Origin: Alphaproteobacteria bacterium | GTDB taxonomy: Bacteria > Pseudomonadota > Alphaproteobacteria > SHVV01 | Direction of reading: 5' to 3' | Assembly: GCA_965261735.1 (NCBI GenBank) | Contig: OZ253470.1 | Coordinates: forward strand, 2,240,001 to 2,304,000 | DNA length: 64,000 bases | Translations under genes and position numbers: made by a program | Shown here: positions 42,040-55,063 of the stretch, piece after piece | Layout of the letters: every line of letters starts with the position of its first letter | How positions within the stretch are numbered: the stretch's first letter is position 1 | The notes under the pieces: model-generated | The model's input: only the letters and a program-made list of their open reading frames with translations | What the model was told of the DNA's origin: nothing | Database searches by the model: none

Positions 42040-44645
42040 GGCTGTTCGCCTAGAGCGGCAGCGGCCAGCCCGGTAAGCGAGGCGTGTGGCCTGACGCCGA
42101 GGCGGCGCGGCGCCTGCTTGATTCGACTATGGACCGACGGACAGTACGTTCTGGGTAACGTCGTCGTCGATCAGCAGGCTGGCGAGACCGTTGGTGTAGA
42201 GGGTAAAGCCGGGCTCCGAGCCCTCGGCCCCGGCTGGCTGCTCCGCCCAGGTCTCGGTGTCGGCCGTCAAGGAGTCGCCCTCATCGCCGAGGATCTTGAG
42301 CGTGTTCGAGGTATCGGACATATCGAGCACGTCCTGAAGGTCGAGCGTGAGGGCGTTACCGGACCCCCCGAGGTCGATGGCTTCGACGCCCGTGATCTTC
42401 ATGTTGCCCTCGAAGCCTTTGCCGGCCGCCGTGAGGTCGAGCGACAGGCCCGCGCCGTCGAGGCGGAGCACGTCTTCGCCGGCGCCGCCGGCGATGCGCG
42501 CGAAGCCGAGATCGCCGACACCCAGGATGTCGTCGCCGGTACCGCCCCGGAGTACGTCCTCGCCGCCGCCGACCATGACATCGCCGGCGCCGGTGCCGGA
42601 TAGCGAATCCGCCCCCGTGCCGCCCTGGTGCGTCACCGCGCCCGAGAAGTCGCCGCCGAAGATGACGTAAGACTCGCCCTCCGCGTTGAATCCCGCGCCG
42701 CCGGCCGGGCCGGCCCTCGGCGCGCCGACGAGGAGGTCGTCGAAGCCGTCGCCGTTGACGTCGCCCGCACCGCTGACCGCCTTGCCAGTATAGTCGTAGT
42801 CCTGGAAATCATTGACGACCAGGAAGCCGTCCGCCTCGGTGAACGTCGTGATATCGAGGCTGCCGCCGGCGCCGACATCCTCGCCGCCGAAGACGACGTA
42901 GGTCGCGCTGTAGCCGGCGTAGCTACTGTCTCCCGGACGGCCGACGAGGAAGTCGTCGAAGCCGTCTCCGTTCACGTCCCCGGCGCCGCTCACCGAACTG
43001 CCGAACTCGCTATATCCTTCAGTGACGCCCTCGATGACGAAGCCGCCGCTGCCGTCGCCTTCCGCGATGTCGTCGAGCTCGATGGTGCCGCCGGTGCCGA
43101 CACCGGCGCCGCCAAAGACGACGTAGGCCTCGCCCTGCTGGCGGTCTTCGTCGGTTTCGGACACATACGGCGCGCCGATGATGAGGTCGGCGAAGCCGTC
43201 GCCGTTAACATCGCCCGCCCCGCTTACCGCGCGGCCCGACTGGTCGCCTTCACTGAGGCCGCTGATGCCGTTGGGGACGAAGCCGTGGGTGCCGCCGCCG
43301 TCGGCAAGGCTCGACAAGTCGATGGCGCCGTCCGTGTCGCCGTCCGCGGCATCCAGGTCGGACAGATGGTTACCGAACACGACGTAGCTCTCGCCGGCCT
43401 CGGATTCACCGTTGGGGTCGGCCTTCGGGGCGCCGATGATGAAGTCGGCGAAGCCGTCGCCGTTCACATCGCCGGCCGAGCCGACGGCGTAGCCCGACCT
43501 ATCGCTCTGGTCACCGCCGTTGAGAACGAAGCCGTCGTTACCGTAGCCGCCCCTAATCTCCGAAAGATCAAGGCTGGCGGCAAAATCATCGCCGCCGAAG
43601 ACGACGTAGCTCTCGCCCGGGCGGCTGTAGCTGTACGAAGGCCCGTAGGCATAAGGGGCGCCGATGATGAGGTCGTTGAAGCCGTCGCCGTTGAGATCGC
43701 CCGCGCTGCTGACGGCAGAGCCGGACCGATCACTAAAGACAACGCCCTCAATGACGAAGCCGTCGCTGCCGTCGCCGGCGGCAAGGCTCGACAATTCGAT
43801 CACGCCGTCGGCGTTGCCGTCGAGATCGGACAGGCTGTCGCCGCCGAAGACGACGTAGCTCTCGCCGGCGTCGTTTGGCTCGTCAGCACGCGGTGCGCCG
43901 ATGATGAAGTCGTCGAAGCCGTCGCCGTTGACGTCGCCCGCACCGCTCACCGACCGGCCCGATTGATCGCCGGCGACGATGCCGTTGAGCACGAAACCAT
44001 TCGTTCCGTCAAGGTTCGAAAGATCAATATTACCGTCCGTCGCGCCGTCGGCGGCGTCGAGGACGGACAAACCGGACCCACCGAACACGATGTAACTTTC
44101 TCCCGACTGGGAGCCGTTCGGATCGGCCCGATGGGCGCCGATGAGGAGGTCGGTGAAGCCGTCGCCGTTCACGTCCCCCGCGCCGCTGACGGAATAGCCT
44201 GATTGGTCGCCTTCAACGATGCCGTCAATGGTGAAGCCGGTGCTGCCGTCGAAGAGGTTGGTGTCCATAAACGGCCGGCCGGCGCCGCCCACGTTGGGGC
44301 CGCCGAAGATGATGAAGGTCTCGCCCTCGTTACCGACTTCGTTGCCGACGATTGGATCGGCTTCAGGCGCGCCGATAATGAGATCGTTAAAGCCGTCGCC
44401 GTTGACGTCGCCGGCGCCGCTGACCGAAGTGCCAGCATAGTCTCGCTCTTCGCGACCCGCGAAGCGAAAGCCGTCGCTGCCGTCGAGCGTCGCCAGGTCG
44501 ATGCTGGCGGCGAAGCTCCCGCCCTCGCCGCCGAACAGCACGTAGGTGAAGCCATTTGGGTTGGCGTCACGGTCCTCACCCGGCGCGCCGATCAGAATGT
44601 CGTCGAAGTCGTCGCCGTTGATGTCGCCCGCCGAGCTTACTGAAA

Positions 44646-45671
44646 CCTGCTTATCCCTGAAAGTCATCCGGCGATGAGGAGGCGATAGGGCATGGGCTGG
44701 TTTCGTGCGGCGCTATGGACGAAACGCGGGATCATTGTCTGGAGTTGATAGCGCCGGTTGTAGCGCCAGGCGAAGCTGGCGAGATAGCGTCCGGCATGGT
44801 CGGGGCCGAGCTTGCGATAAGTCCCGGTGATCGCGCTCTTGATGTTGCCGAGCGTCGTGTTCACCCATTTGAACGATGCCATGCGGGCCGCCTGGCGGCC
44901 CGACCCGGTGCGGATCGCCTGGTGGCTGCAGGCGGCTTCTTCGAGTGCGCTCCAGCAGCCCAGGCGGTCCGTCACAACCGCCGCGCCGGGGGCCAGCCAG
45001 TGCTTGGCGCCGCGCGCGATCTCGCGCTTGCGGAAGCCCTTGACCGGCGCCAGCTTCAGCTTGCGCGGGCGCCCCTCGGGACTGGTCGAGACCGCCGCCA
45101 CGAAGGGCGTTTTGCCCGCCGCGCCGCGGCCCCGCTTGCCGCCGGAGCGCACCCCGCCGAGATAGGCGTCGTCCATCTCGACCCGCCCCGTAAGCGCCGT
45201 CTCCCCCTCGCGCCGCGCCATCACCGCCATGATCTTGTGCTTCACGGCCCAGGCCGTCGGCTGCTTGACCCCGAGACGGCGGCCGAGTTCCACCGACGAG
45301 ATGCCGTTCTTCGCCGTCACGATCAGGTGGATGGCGGCAAACCAGACTGTCAGCGGCAGCTTGGTCGCGTGGAAGATCGTGCCCGCCGTGGGCGATGTCT
45401 GCTTCTTGCACCGGTTGCATTGATAGAGACCCCGACCCGCCAACACGCAATGCTCCCGATGGCCGCAGCAGGGGCAGACGAAGCCGCCCGGCCAGCGCAG
45501 CCGGACCAGCGCCGCGCGGCACTGCTCCTTGGTGCCGAAGGCCTCCCGAAACGCCTCGTCGTTCAGACCACGCACGCGCGATGCAACCTTGAACCCCATA
45601 ACCGTGACCCCCTCATACAGAACATATTGAGAACATACATCCCCATAGGCGGAGTGTCACGGATAAGCAGG
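44646..45671 (-). mobile_element. IS1595-family element B (1026 bp)
   Basis: IRs CCTGCTTATCC / GGATAAGCAGG, with 8-bp duplication TACTGAAA at 44638-44645 and 45672-45679. Confidence 0.93.
44664..45599 (-). CDS. IS1595-family transposase
   Basis: RWPGGFVCPCCG, VEMDDAYLGG, WVNTTLGNIK and YNRR motifs. Confidence 0.92.
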   Translation of the reverse strand: MGFKVASRVRGLNDEAFREAFGTKEQCRAALVRLRWPGGFVCPCCGHREHCVLAGRGLYQCNRCKKQTSPTAGTIFHATKLPLTVWFAAIHLIVTAKNGISSVELGRRLGVKQPTAWAVKHKIMAVMARREGETALTGRVEMDDAYLGGVRSGGKRGRGAAGKTPFVAAVSTSPEGRPRKLKLAPVKGFRKREIARGAKHWLAPGAAVVTDRLGCWSALEEAACSHQAIRTGSGRQAARMASFKWVNTTLGNIKSAITGTYRKLGPDHAGRYLASFAWRYNRRYQLQTMIPRFVHSAARNQPMPYRLLIAG

Positions 45672-48600
45672 TACTGAAAAGCCGACATAGTCGAACTCGT
45701 TGAGGCCGGTGATCTTGAAGCCGTCGCTGCCGTCGAGGTCGGAAAGCTCGATGCTGCCGCCGGCGCCGATCATTTCGCGGCCGTCCTTGTCGTCGCTGCC
45801 GAATACCACGTAGGCCTCACCCCTATCGCTGCCCTCGAAGCCGCGATTGGCCTCCCAGGCGCCGATGAGGAGGTCGGCGAAGCCGTCGCCATTAACATCG
45901 CCGGCCGAGCTCACGGCATAGCCCGCTTGGTCGGCCTCCTGGACGCCATTCAGAACAAAGCCGTCGCTACCATCGCTGGCGGTGATATCGGCAAGATCGA
46001 TGGTAGCTGCAAAGCTCTCGGTCGAGAGTTTGCCGAAGATGACGTAGCTCTCACCTTCTTCGCCGAACCCGAGACCGGTTCCGTTCGGGTCCGCGTACGG
46101 GGCGCCGATGATGAGGTCGTCGACGCCATCGCCGTTCACGTCCCCCGCGCCGCTGACGCTGCGGCCAGAACCGTCGAACCTGTCATCGCCGATGATGCGG
46201 AAGCCGTTGTCGCCGTCGAGACCTCCAAGGTCGAGGCTGCCGCCGGAGCCGATGCCGCTGCCGCCGAACACGACGTAGCTCTCGCCTTCCCTGTCGTCTT
46301 CGTTCCGGTCTGCGTATGGGGCGCCGATGACGAAGTCGTCGATGCCGTCGCCATTGACATCGCCGATGCCGCTCACCGCGTGGCCCGAATCGTCGAAGTT
46401 ATCGAGGCCGTTGAGGACGAAACCGTGGCTGCCGTCGCCGGCGGCAAGGCTCGACAATTCGATCACGCCGTCGGCGTTGCCGTCGAGTTCGGACAGATGG
46501 TCGCCGAAAATGACGTAGCTCTCGCCTGCGTCATAGAGGCTGCTCCCCTGTGCGTGCGGCGCGCCGATGATGAAATCGTCAAAACCGTCGTCGTTGACGT
46601 CGCCGATGCCACTGACGGAAGTGCCAGCGTTGTCACCTTCGGTGTCGCCGATGAAAACGTAGCCGTTGGTGCCATCGAGCGAAGATAGATCGATGTCGCC
46701 GTCCGCGCCCACGTCGGGGCCGCCGAAAATGATGTAGCCCTCGCCATCCTCTTCGACGCCCCCGTGGGGCGCGCCGATGAGGAGGTCGGCGAAACCGTCG
46801 TTGTTGACGTCGCCGGCGCCGCTCACGGACGTGCCGGATTCGTCGTTCTCATGGATGCCGGAGATGGTGAACCCGAAGCCATTTACGAGGCCGCCCGGAT
46901 GCAGCTCACCGGTGGGCGCATGGGCGTTGTTAAGAATGCGGCCGTCGGCCTCGCCATCGGCGATGGTGGCATCGCCCGTTGGGTTGCTGAGCGTGATCTC
47001 GAACCGTTCCACGGGCTCATAGAGGTTGTCCGCGGTGACATCGACTTCGATGGTGAGTTCGGCGACGCCGGGCTCGAAGGTGAGGGTGCCGGCGGCACCG
47101 GTGTAGTCGACGCCCTCGGTGGCGGTGACGGCGTTGGTCTGGTAGTCGACGCTGACGGTGCCCGAGAGGTCGCCGGTGCGGGTGACGGTGAAGATCGCGG
47201 CACCGGGGTTCTCGCTGCCGGTGGCGTCGGCGATCGCGAACTCGGACGGCTCCGGCTCCGGCTCCGGCGGTGGCTCCACCGGGAGCTCGGCGACATCGGC
47301 GACGTTGACGGTGAGGGTGCCGGTGACGGGCGCGGTAGCGCCCGATGCGCCCTCGATGGCGGTGGCGGTGATCTCGAGGTCGAAGCTGCCGAAGAAGTCG
47401 GGCGGCGGGGTGATCGAGAGGCCCTCGAGGTCGCCCGGGGTGACGTTGGCGAGCAGCAGCGTGTTGGGCGAGGCATCGGTGCCGCTGGGATCGAAGGTGA
47501 TGCCGCCCGAGGGCAGGTTGATGGTCGCGTTGTCGGGGATGCCGGTAATCGTGACCGACAGCGTCTCCGAGCCGTCGAGGTCGGTGAGCGCGGCATCGAT
47601 ATCGAGCGCGATGGCGCTGTCCTCGTCGCCGCTCGTGGTGCCGGTGAGCTGGTTGCCGGCGGTGTCCGGATCGAGGTCGAGCGTCGGCGTCGAGGCCGAG
47701 GTGTCGGGTGTCGGGGTGATGAACGTCGTGCCACCGCCGTCGCCGCCCTCCTCGCCCGCCGCCGGCGCGAGTTCGCCGAGCGCCTCGGGGTCGACCTCGC
47801 CGTCCTCTTCCTCGCCGCCCTCGTCTTCGCCTTCGCCCTCACCGTCCTCGCCGTCCGCGGCCCCGGGCTCGCCCGCGGTTCCGTCGTCCTGCGCCCCGGC
47901 CGCGGCCTGCGCCGGCAGCGCGCTCAGCGCCGCCCCGTACTGGGCCTCGACCTCGGCCGCCGTCTTGATCTCGGGTGCGCTCGGCGCCACCGAAAAGCTC
48001 GTCGCCGTGATCTGCTGGTAGGCGATGTTGATGAACTGCGTGCCGCCGCCGTTGGTGAACACGATCTCGCCCGTCGAGCCGTCCTCGTCGGGCAGCAGCG
48101 TGATCGTGCTCTGCTCGCCCTCGGCCGCGATCTCGGCCGCCACCGTGGTCCCGCGGATGCCGATCGAGCCGACCGGCGTCGTCACCACCATCGCCTGGTC
48201 GCCTGACTTGGCGATCTCGCCCGAGACGAACACGAACACACCCTGGACCACGGAAAACGCCGAGCTCCCGGTGTTCGTCGACGGATCGTAAATCAGCTCG
48301 TCGAGCACCATGCGCGCGTCCTCGCCGAGCGAGAACGTGGTGTCGTCGACGAAGACGATGCCGAGCGAGGCCCCCGAGCCGGTCTCCAGCACATCGCCCT
48401 GGAACACCGGCGAGCCCGAGGTCAGGCTGACCTGCGTGCCGTCGGCGCGGGCCACAACGACCTCGCCCTCGACCGTATCGACGCGCCCGATCGGCTGCGC
48501 GGCCGCGGCCGGCGCGGCTTGCGCGACCTGACCCGGCGCCGCCGGCCCGGCCAGCGCCTCAGCGAGATCGCCCGAGACGCGCGCGCCGCCCTCGCTCACC

Positions 48601-49140
48601 AAATCGGGCGGCGTCTCGGACGCAAAATAATCGCGGATCAGCACCTGGCGGCCATCGCCGCCGATCAGCAGGAGGTCCGGACCCTCGCGCACATAGTCGG
48701 CCACCAGCAAGAACGCACCGCCCGGAACCACCAGCGAACCACCCGCCGAACCCGCATCGAGCACCAGCGAAACCCCACCACCAGCCGCCGCACCACCCGG
48801 CCCCGCCGACACCAACTCCGACCCGCCCGAGCCCTCCACAACGGCACCCGTCAAGTCCCGCCCCCGATCATTCAATGCCATGAAGTGCCTCCGATGTTCT
48901 AGGAGAGCTGCGCTGCCGGCATCTCATTTGATTCGTGCCCAGCCGGCGCGGTTGGTTGCCGATACTCCTATACGCGAGCCATCTTAGGGTTAGTGAAGCG
49001 TTTCGGCAGTGATGCCCGTCACATGCGCCATCAGGTCCTCGTGGCCTCATCTTCCATGGTAATGCCAACGGGCTGACCTCGAAAAGCCCAAGTCGCCGCG
49101 ATCGTGACCTGTGGAGAATGCCGCCGTCTCGCGCGGCGAC

Positions 49141-50040
49141 CTATACGGCACCCACCTCGGCAGTACCGGCTCGCGGCCACACCATAGGGAAGACGGGATG
49201 CTCGCGATCGGCCGGAAACGGATCGCCGTGATGCAGGCGCGGATCCGCCCAGGGCCTGATGGTGTTCGCGCTCGGGCGCACCGCATAGGTCGCGTCGTCG
49301 CCCGCGAAACGGTAACCGAAGGCGCGCCGGCGGCTATCGGTGGCGTTACCCGGCGCGCCGTGCACCATCGAGAGGCTGGATATGAGGCAATCGCCGGTCC
49401 AGGTCTCCATGGCAACGATATCGTACTCGCGTCGATGCCCCGCGATATCGGGCATTGGCTCGGTCTTCTCAGTGGGCACCCCGGCGATTGCCGGGCGATC
49501 GGAGCCCTGCAGATATTTGTGCCTTGTCGGGTCGCCGGTCGTCACCGCCTCGAAGCGCCGGCCCCAGCGATGCGAGCCGCGGATCCACTCGACGGCGCCG
49601 CTTTGCGGCGTCACGTGATCGAGCGAAATCCACATCCCGCAGGTCTGTATTCCCTCGCACGGGTTGGCTTGGATGTCCTGGTGCCAGCGCGTCTCAGCCG
49701 GGGTGTGCGGTTCCTTGACGAGAATAAAGTCGAACACGATGCTAGCGCGCGCCGAGCGCATCATCGCGGCGGCAAGCTCGCCGACAGGCGATTCGTACGC
49801 CATCGCCCTGAAATCGTCGTTGAAGGTCCATAGGTAATTGTCGTAGGCGAAGCGTCCCGGTGCGCGATCCGGCTTGAGCTCGGCGGCGCGCCAGCTGGGA
49901 TGAGCGAGAACGTCGTCGACGGCGCGGCGCATACGCCCGACCCAGTCGTCGTCGAACATGCCGCGAACGCGGACCACGCCCTCGTCTTCGAACGCGCGGA
50001 TTTCTTCGACGCTCGGCGTGCGCGGTGGTCTCGTGATCAT
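49141..50040 (-). CDS. Phytanoyl-CoA dioxygenase family protein
   Basis: TRWHQD, WISLD, IRGSHRWG and VHGAPGN...RR. Confidence 0.9.
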   Translation of the reverse strand: MITRPPRTPSVEEIRAFEDEGVVRVRGMFDDDWVGRMRRAVDDVLAHPSWRAAELKPDRAPGRFAYDNYLWTFNDDFRAMAYESPVGELAAAMMRSARASIVFDFILVKEPHTPAETRWHQDIQANPCEGIQTCGMWISLDHVTPQSGAVEWIRGSHRWGRRFEAVTTGDPTRHKYLQGSDRPAIAGVPTEKTEPMPDIAGHRREYDIVAMETWTGDCLISSLSMVHGAPGNATDSRRRAFGYRFAGDDATYAVRPSANTIRPWADPRLHHGDPFPADREHPVFPMVWPRAGTAEVGAV

Positions 50041-50161
50041 GGCTTCGGGTCCCGGCGACCAGGCCCTCAGCCTACACCCCCGCTCGTCAGAGTCGAAGCC
50101 CAGAACCGAAAGCGGCGGCACCAGCCGGTTAGCGCCGATCCACGCTCGGTCGACGCCGGTG

Positions 50162-50410
50162 TTACAAGTTCGTAAGCATGATCCGCATCGCCTTCGCCAA
50201 GGCGAGCTGGGCCTCGGTGTGCGAGCCGGACTTGTGCAAGGATTCACCCTCATCGCGCAGTTGCTTGACTTCGCTGGACTGCGAGGCGTTGAGGCTGACC
50301 TTCGACATGGCGGCGTCGATGGCCTTGACGTCGGCGGGACAATGGAACGCGAGCGCGGGTGCCGAGAGCGCGACGACGAGGGCCCCGGCAAGGAGCAGAC
50401 GTCCGATCAT
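50162..50410 (-). CDS. Small secreted helical protein
   Basis: Signal peptide ending ALA, then FHCP.D...ID motif; GGAGG RBS. Confidence 0.75.
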   Translation of the reverse strand: MIGRLLLAGALVVALSAPALAFHCPADVKAIDAAMSKVSLNASQSSEVKQLRDEGESLHKSGSHTEAQLALAKAMRIMLTNL

Positions 50411-50484
50411 GGCTTCCTCCTGTTTGTTGCGACCCGGTTTGCGAGCACCGAGCTCGATAAGGAGTAAACACGCCGGGCGTGGGT

Positions 50485-51885
<1,401 letters not shown>

Positions 51886-51920
51886 GATTCGGCGAGCGAT
51901 CGGGGCCGGCTCGCGCGCCG

Positions 51921-52808
51921 CTAGCCGCGCGAATCGTCGTTGATAGGGGTTCGGTAGGCGGGCGTGGGCGCCGCCGGCGGTTCGAGGTCGGTCGGAATGT
52001 CCGCGAGGTAGCGGTAGATGGCGGCGGCGCGGTTGATGAACGAGGCCTCCTGGCCGTTGACCAGGAACGCGTTGGTAACGCGCGCGCGAACGAGATTGTA
52101 GTAGCGCCACACGCCTTCGGCTTCCTGGTCGAGGAAGTACAAGAGCTGAAAGGCGCCGGGCTCGAACACGGGCATGAAGAGGAAGCGCACCGGGGTCGCA
52201 TTCTCGACGGCGAAGACGAGCTTGCGCGGCGTTCGCTCGACGATGCGCATGCGGTAGACGACCTCGCCGAGCGGCGTGTTCTCGTTCTGGAAGAAAAACA
52301 GCTCGCGCCCGTTGCGCAGGTCGTCGGGCGAGAAATCGGGGCGCGCCGTCTTGGTCTCGGGGTCGGCGACCACATAGGCTTCGCTCACCAGATCGCGCCA
52401 GCGCTGGAGCGTCACCGACCAGTATCGGATGGCCCGCTGCGCGGAGACCCGTGCGAGCCGGCGCAACAGCCCGTCGGCCTCGCTATCGTGGCTGAAGCGC
52501 CCCGCCGCGGCCATGAGCAGGGTGAAATCGCGGCTCTCCCAGCCGGTGCACGCCGGCGGGCGCCAATTCTCGCCAACATCGACGACGTGCCACACGCGCA
52601 CGTGCAGGGGCTCGTTGATCTTTCCGTACTCTGGCGTCGGGGCCTGCCCGCAGGGCGGCAGGGGTCCCTCCTCGGCAGCCGCGGGCGACAGCCCGATCGC
52701 CAACACCGCGAGCCACAGCGCGCGCCGCAGTGATGCGCGCATGGCCGCCGGCGCCCGGTAAGGGGCGGCAACGGGCTTACGTGGCTCGCGGTCGCGGGGT
52801 TGTGACAT
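51921..52808 (-). CDS. Exported hypothetical protein
   Basis: Signal-like segment and host-like codon usage. The start is uncertain (52808 or 52743). Confidence 0.65.
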   Translation of the reverse strand: MSQPRDREPRKPVAAPYRAPAAMRASLRRALWLAVLAIGLSPAAAEEGPLPPCGQAPTPEYGKINEPLHVRVWHVVDVGENWRPPACTGWESRDFTLLMAAAGRFSHDSEADGLLRRLARVSAQRAIRYWSVTLQRWRDLVSEAYVVADPETKTARPDFSPDDLRNGRELFFFQNENTPLGEVVYRMRIVERTPRKLVFAVENATPVRFLFMPVFEPGAFQLLYFLDQEAEGVWRYYNLVRARVTNAFLVNGQEASFINRAAAIYRYLADIPTDLEPPAAPTPAYRTPINDDSRG

Positions 52809-52999
52809 GGCAGGGCCTTGGGGGTCTCTCGGGGGGCCTATTTCTCCATCTCCTCGCGGCTCCTGTCTAGTGCTCAATGGGGCTGCCCGGCTGACCACGG
52901 GCGCAGAGGAGCAGCCGCGGCGCTCGACTCGGTCCGACGCATAACCGACAATAGCGCACTCATGCCCGCCACACTCCGGTTTCTACGCGCCGTCAGGCA

Positions 53000-54193
53000 A
53001 TGACTACCGAGCCCAGCGGCAAGTCGGCGGGACAGTTCGCCGTCAAAGCAACGCTTCTTGCGGCGAGTGCGCTGACGGTGATGTCGGGCGCGACGATCGC
53101 GCCCTCGCTTCCGGCGCTGTACGAGCACTTCGCCGGCACGCCGCACGCCGACCTCCTGACCCGGCTGGTACTGACGGCTCCGGCCCTGTCGATCGTCATC
53201 GTCGCACCACTGGCCGGCATCGTGATCGACCGGTTCGGGCGGCGATCGCTCCTACTCGGGGCGACGGTGGGCTACGCGATCGCCGGCAGCGCGGGGCTCG
53301 TGCTCGACACGCTCTACGCCATTCTCATCAGCCGGGTGCTGCTCGGTGTCGCCGTCGCCTGCATCATGACCTGCGTGATGACGCTCGTCGGCGATTACTT
53401 CGCTGGCGAGGCCAGGGCGCGCTATATGGGCCTGCAAGCCTCGTTCATGTCATTCGGCGGGGTGGTGTTCATTCTGCTCGGCGGCGCCCTCGCCTCGGTG
53501 CATTGGCGCGGGCCGTTCGTCGTCTACGTCCTGGCTCTGGTCCTACTGCCGGCGATGGCATCGCGGCTATACGAGCCGGCGCACCAGCAGGCACCGGCGT
53601 CGGCGCCGCCGCTCGCCGCAATGCCTATGCGGCTGACGGGGCTGATCTATGGGGTGGCGTTGCTCAGCATGATGTCGTTTTACATGATCCCGGCACAGCT
53701 GCCCTTCTACCTGACGTCCTTCGGCATCCGCGATCCGGCGCTGGTCAGCGCGACGATGTCGCTCGCGATCTTTGTCATGGCGATGACGGCTGCATTCTAC
53801 GGGCGCATTCGCCGGCACCTCAGCCACGCCGCCATCTATGCCGTGGGTTTCGCCTTCTTCGGCGCCGGCTACGCCCTCATGGCCATCGCCGACACCTATG
53901 TCGGCGTGATGTTCGGTGCCACGGTGGCCGGCATCGGCATCGGCATGAACATGCCCAACTCTTCGGTGTGGCTGCTCGCGATGGCGCCCCCGGCCGTACG
54001 CGGGCGCCTATCGGGGGGCCTGTCGACGAGCGTTTTCCTGGGCCAGTTCCTCTCGCCCCTCGCGGCCCAGCCGGTCATCAATTCCTACGGCCTCGCCACC
54101 GCCTACGGCGTGGCGGCCGTTGTGCTGGCCGCGCTCTCGCTCGCCTTCATGGTTGGCGTCGTGACCCGCGCCCCCATACTCGGCCGCACCTGA
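53000..54193 (+). CDS. MFS transporter
   Basis: GIVIDRFGRR motif A; about 12 TM. Confidence 0.9.
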   Translation: MTTEPSGKSAGQFAVKATLLAASALTVMSGATIAPSLPALYEHFAGTPHADLLTRLVLTAPALSIVIVAPLAGIVIDRFGRRSLLLGATVGYAIAGSAGLVLDTLYAILISRVLLGVAVACIMTCVMTLVGDYFAGEARARYMGLQASFMSFGGVVFILLGGALASVHWRGPFVVYVLALVLLPAMASRLYEPAHQQAPASAPPLAAMPMRLTGLIYGVALLSMMSFYMIPAQLPFYLTSFGIRDPALVSATMSLAIFVMAMTAAFYGRIRRHLSHAAIYAVGFAFFGAGYALMAIADTYVGVMFGATVAGIGIGMNMPNSSVWLLAMAPPAVRGRLSGGLSTSVFLGQFLSPLAAQPVINSYGLATAYGVAAVVLAALSLAFMVGVVTRAPILGRT

Positions 54194-54208
54194 CGCCGTC
54201 GCGCGGCC

Positions 54209-54900
54209 CTATCCGTGCGCTGGCCGCCAGCCCGCGTCCTCTGCCTCGGTTTTGCTACAGAACCAGCGCTCGCCGTTTTCAGCCTCGATCCTGATCAGCG
54301 GGTAGGATTGCGCTTCGGGAAGGTAGTAGATCCCTTGCCTATCCGGTTAACGCCCATGACCAGATCCTTCGGCCGTCGTGGGCGACGGAGCCTTTGATGG
54401 GGCACAGGTCGGGGTCAACGGCCGTCGCAGCTTGTTCGAAGCGTTTACCGGCGCGCCAGTCTTGTGGGGCGACGAACACACCGCGCCACATGCCCCTTCG
54501 CGCAGCCTTCGCCGCCTGCTGTTCGGTGGCGTAGGCGGAAGCGTTGTGGCCGCCCGCCAGGGCCCAGCCCTCGGCGACCATCCAGCCGTTGAGATCGGCC
54601 TTGCCGTCGAGCAAACAGACCGCCAGCAATCGGCGCTCGCGGTCACGATCGACGCCGAAGCAATTGACCTCGCGATCGCCGATGTGCGCCGCTAGCGCGC
54701 TCGCAGCGTGTTCGCCACACGGCCACGGCTTGCGGTCTTCGAGGCAGACCTGGTCGCGCGCTGGCGCCTCGACGCCGCTCAGGCGAATGTCCTCGCCGAA
54801 GATGTTCAGTGTTTGACCGTCGATAACGATGTCGTGGCCCGTGATCTCGGCCAACGCGATCGCGGGCACCAGAAAGAGGAAGAGCGGTAAGGCGCGTCAT
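54209..54900 (-). pseudogene. Thermonuclease (ExoI-like) disrupted by an IS scar and a 5' frameshift
   Basis: IRLSGVEAP, NGWMVAEGWA and RGMW..F..P.DWR motifs. The C-terminal CPIKG...RIY...GERWFCS..EA..AGWR lies in another frame after 54334. Confidence 0.85.
54334..54361 (-). mobile_element. 28-bp IS1595-A right-end scar
   Basis: CTTGCCTATCCGGTTAACGCCCATGACC flanked by AGATCC on both sides. Confidence 0.9.
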
Positions 54901-55063
54901 GGGGTCGGTGAGGGTCGGTCGCAGGGCTTCAGGTCTGCCACGACGATCTATCAAACCAACCTTATCGGCCGGTTAAACGGCCTGCCCTTGCCGCGAGCAC
55001 CGCTTGCGGCGACCCTGCCCCCGGCATAGGATCGTGCCCCAGGTACGGCGACGGGACGGCGAT

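Larger units (their letters stand above)
42127..48881 (-). pseudogene. Large secreted FecR/Calx-beta/FG-GAP-repeat adhesin, split by IS1595
   Basis: The rejoined frame is 1906 aa. It has a FecR-like domain (TPVGSIGIRGT), a cadherin-like repeat (DLDGSETL), Calx-beta (ATEGVDY...GTLTF), many AGDVNGDGFDDLIIGAP repeats and an RTX-like GGxGxD tail. Confidence 0.9.

Noticed and set aside
42127-46850. CRISPR-like periodic repeats (GAAGCCGTCGCCGTTGACGTCGCC)
   Set aside because: These are coding FG-GAP repeats with spacing near 200 bp. No CRISPR array or cas genes were seen in the window.
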